64,000 bases of DNA, taken from the NCBI RefSeq assembly GCF_009914755.1, contig NC_060936.1; one strand, written 5' to 3'. Shown one piece after another: positions 62,670 to 64,000 of the stretch. Numbering within the stretch: the stretch's first letter is position 1; the number at the start of each line of letters is the position of its first letter. Source of the DNA: the human T2T-CHM13v2.0 reference genome, Homo sapiens. The translations under genes and the position numbers were made by a program. The notes under the pieces were generated by a model that saw nothing but the letters and a program-made list of their open reading frames with translations, made no database searches and was not told where the DNA came from.

Positions 62670-62810
62670 TTCCTTCCTTCATTCAATAAATATTTGTTTC
62701 GTACCTATTTTGTGTTAGACTCTATTTTAAACCCTGGAAATACAGCCATGGATAAGAGACAGCACCCACACTTAAGCAGCCTTCAGTTCAGCAGGGGATA
62801 TAGTAATTAC
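62670..62810 (-). mobile_element. L2 3' end, antisense
   Basis: ttcattcaataaatatttg..tacctattttgtgttagac..ctggaaatacagccatgga. Confidence 0.7.
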
Positions 62811-62853
62811 ACAATTGCCCTTATCATCTTAAGTATGGAAATAATGGTAAATA

Positions 62854-63460
62854 CAGTAGAAGTTCCCTTAATCAACTTACATTTATACAATTCTGGAATA
62901 TCTAATGTCCTCCAGTCCTAGCCTTAGACTAATGGATTCCCCCAACACCACATACTCTTGGTTGGTTAACTACTTGCTCCTACTGGTTAAATTGTGTAGT
63001 TACCGAGAAAAAGTTTTATGTGCCCCCAAACCTATTTATATCAGTTGTACATGTTACTGTGATCACATAATTAACTATATAAAAACTGATGCTATTTGAA
63101 TGTGAAATGCTTGAGTAAGAGTCAACAAAGACAAGTTACTAAAAATAGATTTCTGAAGAGTTAGATGTGAGTGAAAAAATATAAAAGATTTTTAAAATGG
63201 TGAGTGTAAAGAATCTGCTAAAGAATCTGCATTCAGATTATTCTGCAAGTGTCTTAGATTCTTGAATCCCAACTTGGAAATTTAGAGGATACATTATAAA
63301 CTCTATTCAAAGGGCCCATCTCAGACAAAAGGCCTTAGCCTTCCATAACAGTTGGGTGAATTCATATATTTTGTGTGTGTTTTAAATTTTACAATTTCCT
63401 TCTTAAAGCCACCTGGGGACTAACTAATCACTGCTAATCTCAATTACACTGAGTAACTTA
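62854..63460 (+). mobile_element. TcMar-Tigger relic (Tigger13a-like)
   Basis: TA + cagtagaagttcccttaatc terminus; tcagattattctgcaagtgtctt; aaaaggccttagcct. Confidence 0.6.
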
Positions 63461-63604
63461 TTCCTTAACAAAATCAAAGCTCTTATAAAATAGTTCCAAA
63501 CTGCTTCTTTGAAAGCAGTTCAAAACAGCTTATTTGAAAGCATTATATATCTCTTTTTGCCATAAAATAGCTAGCACTTAGTATTTAGAATTGTTGCCAA
63601 TTTG

Positions 63605-63645
<41 letters not shown>

Positions 63646-63660
63646 AATACATATATATCA
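63605..63660. repeat. Compound (TA)n(CA)n microsatellite
   Basis: (at)13 followed by (ac)7. Confidence 0.95.
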
Positions 63661-63883
63661 TTGTTATAATATACTTTTAGGAAATTAATAGTGAAATTGA
63701 ACCAGTGTTTACATGTTTATTGAGAATTTGTATTTCTTTGTGAATTCCCTGCTGACCTTTATTCCTTATTGATTTGAAAAAGATTTTTAACATATGAAGG
63801 CTATTATTTTATTATCTGTCATAAATACTTTTGAAGCCTATTTCTACCATTTTAATTTTATTTATAATGTTTTTTAAGTGACC

Positions 63884-63962
63884 AAAGTTTTTAATTTTTA
63901 CATTAAAATTTAGAAAGTTTTTTAATTTTCACATTAAAACTTCAGAAAGTTTTTAATTTTTA
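63884..63962. repeat. ~31-bp tandem repeat, 2.5 copies, within an L1ME-like relic
   Basis: aaagtttttaatttt(t/c)acattaaaa..tag repeated. Confidence 0.85.
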
Positions 63963-64000
63963 TTTTTATATAATCAGATCCAACACTCCATATCTTTCTT

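Overview
This is AT-rich, CpG-poor primate (most likely human) nuclear DNA, intergenic or deep-intronic and dominated by interspersed repeats. I find no intact host protein-coding gene, RNA gene, CRISPR array or prokaryote-type system. The one gene-derived feature is a disabled processed pseudogene of ribosomal protein RPL21 (~2741-3300). The window also holds a 10.7-kb three-level nested LINE-1 stack (12.8-23.5 kb), a full-length THE1C MaLR provirus (33034-35306), several solo LTRs (MER67-like, MER4D-like, ERVL-type, MLT1), four Alu elements plus an Alu tail fragment, many MIR/L2 fragments, DNA-transposon relics and microsatellites. Many of the supplied ORFs lie in repeats and the rest look like chance ORFs. 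The more notable observations are structural: a twin-primed L1PA with a possible 3' transduction; an L1 ORF2 C-terminal ORF whose ATG comes from the insertion junction; asymmetric polyA signals between the THE1C LTRs; a fold-back rearrangement inside an L1PB; a ~260-bp non-TE direct repeat linked to candidate minus-strand non-coding exons; and a 38-bp dispersed direct repeat. I cannot support a new biological system from this sequence. Repeat subfamily names come from my recall of consensus sequences, and boundaries of old elements are approximate.
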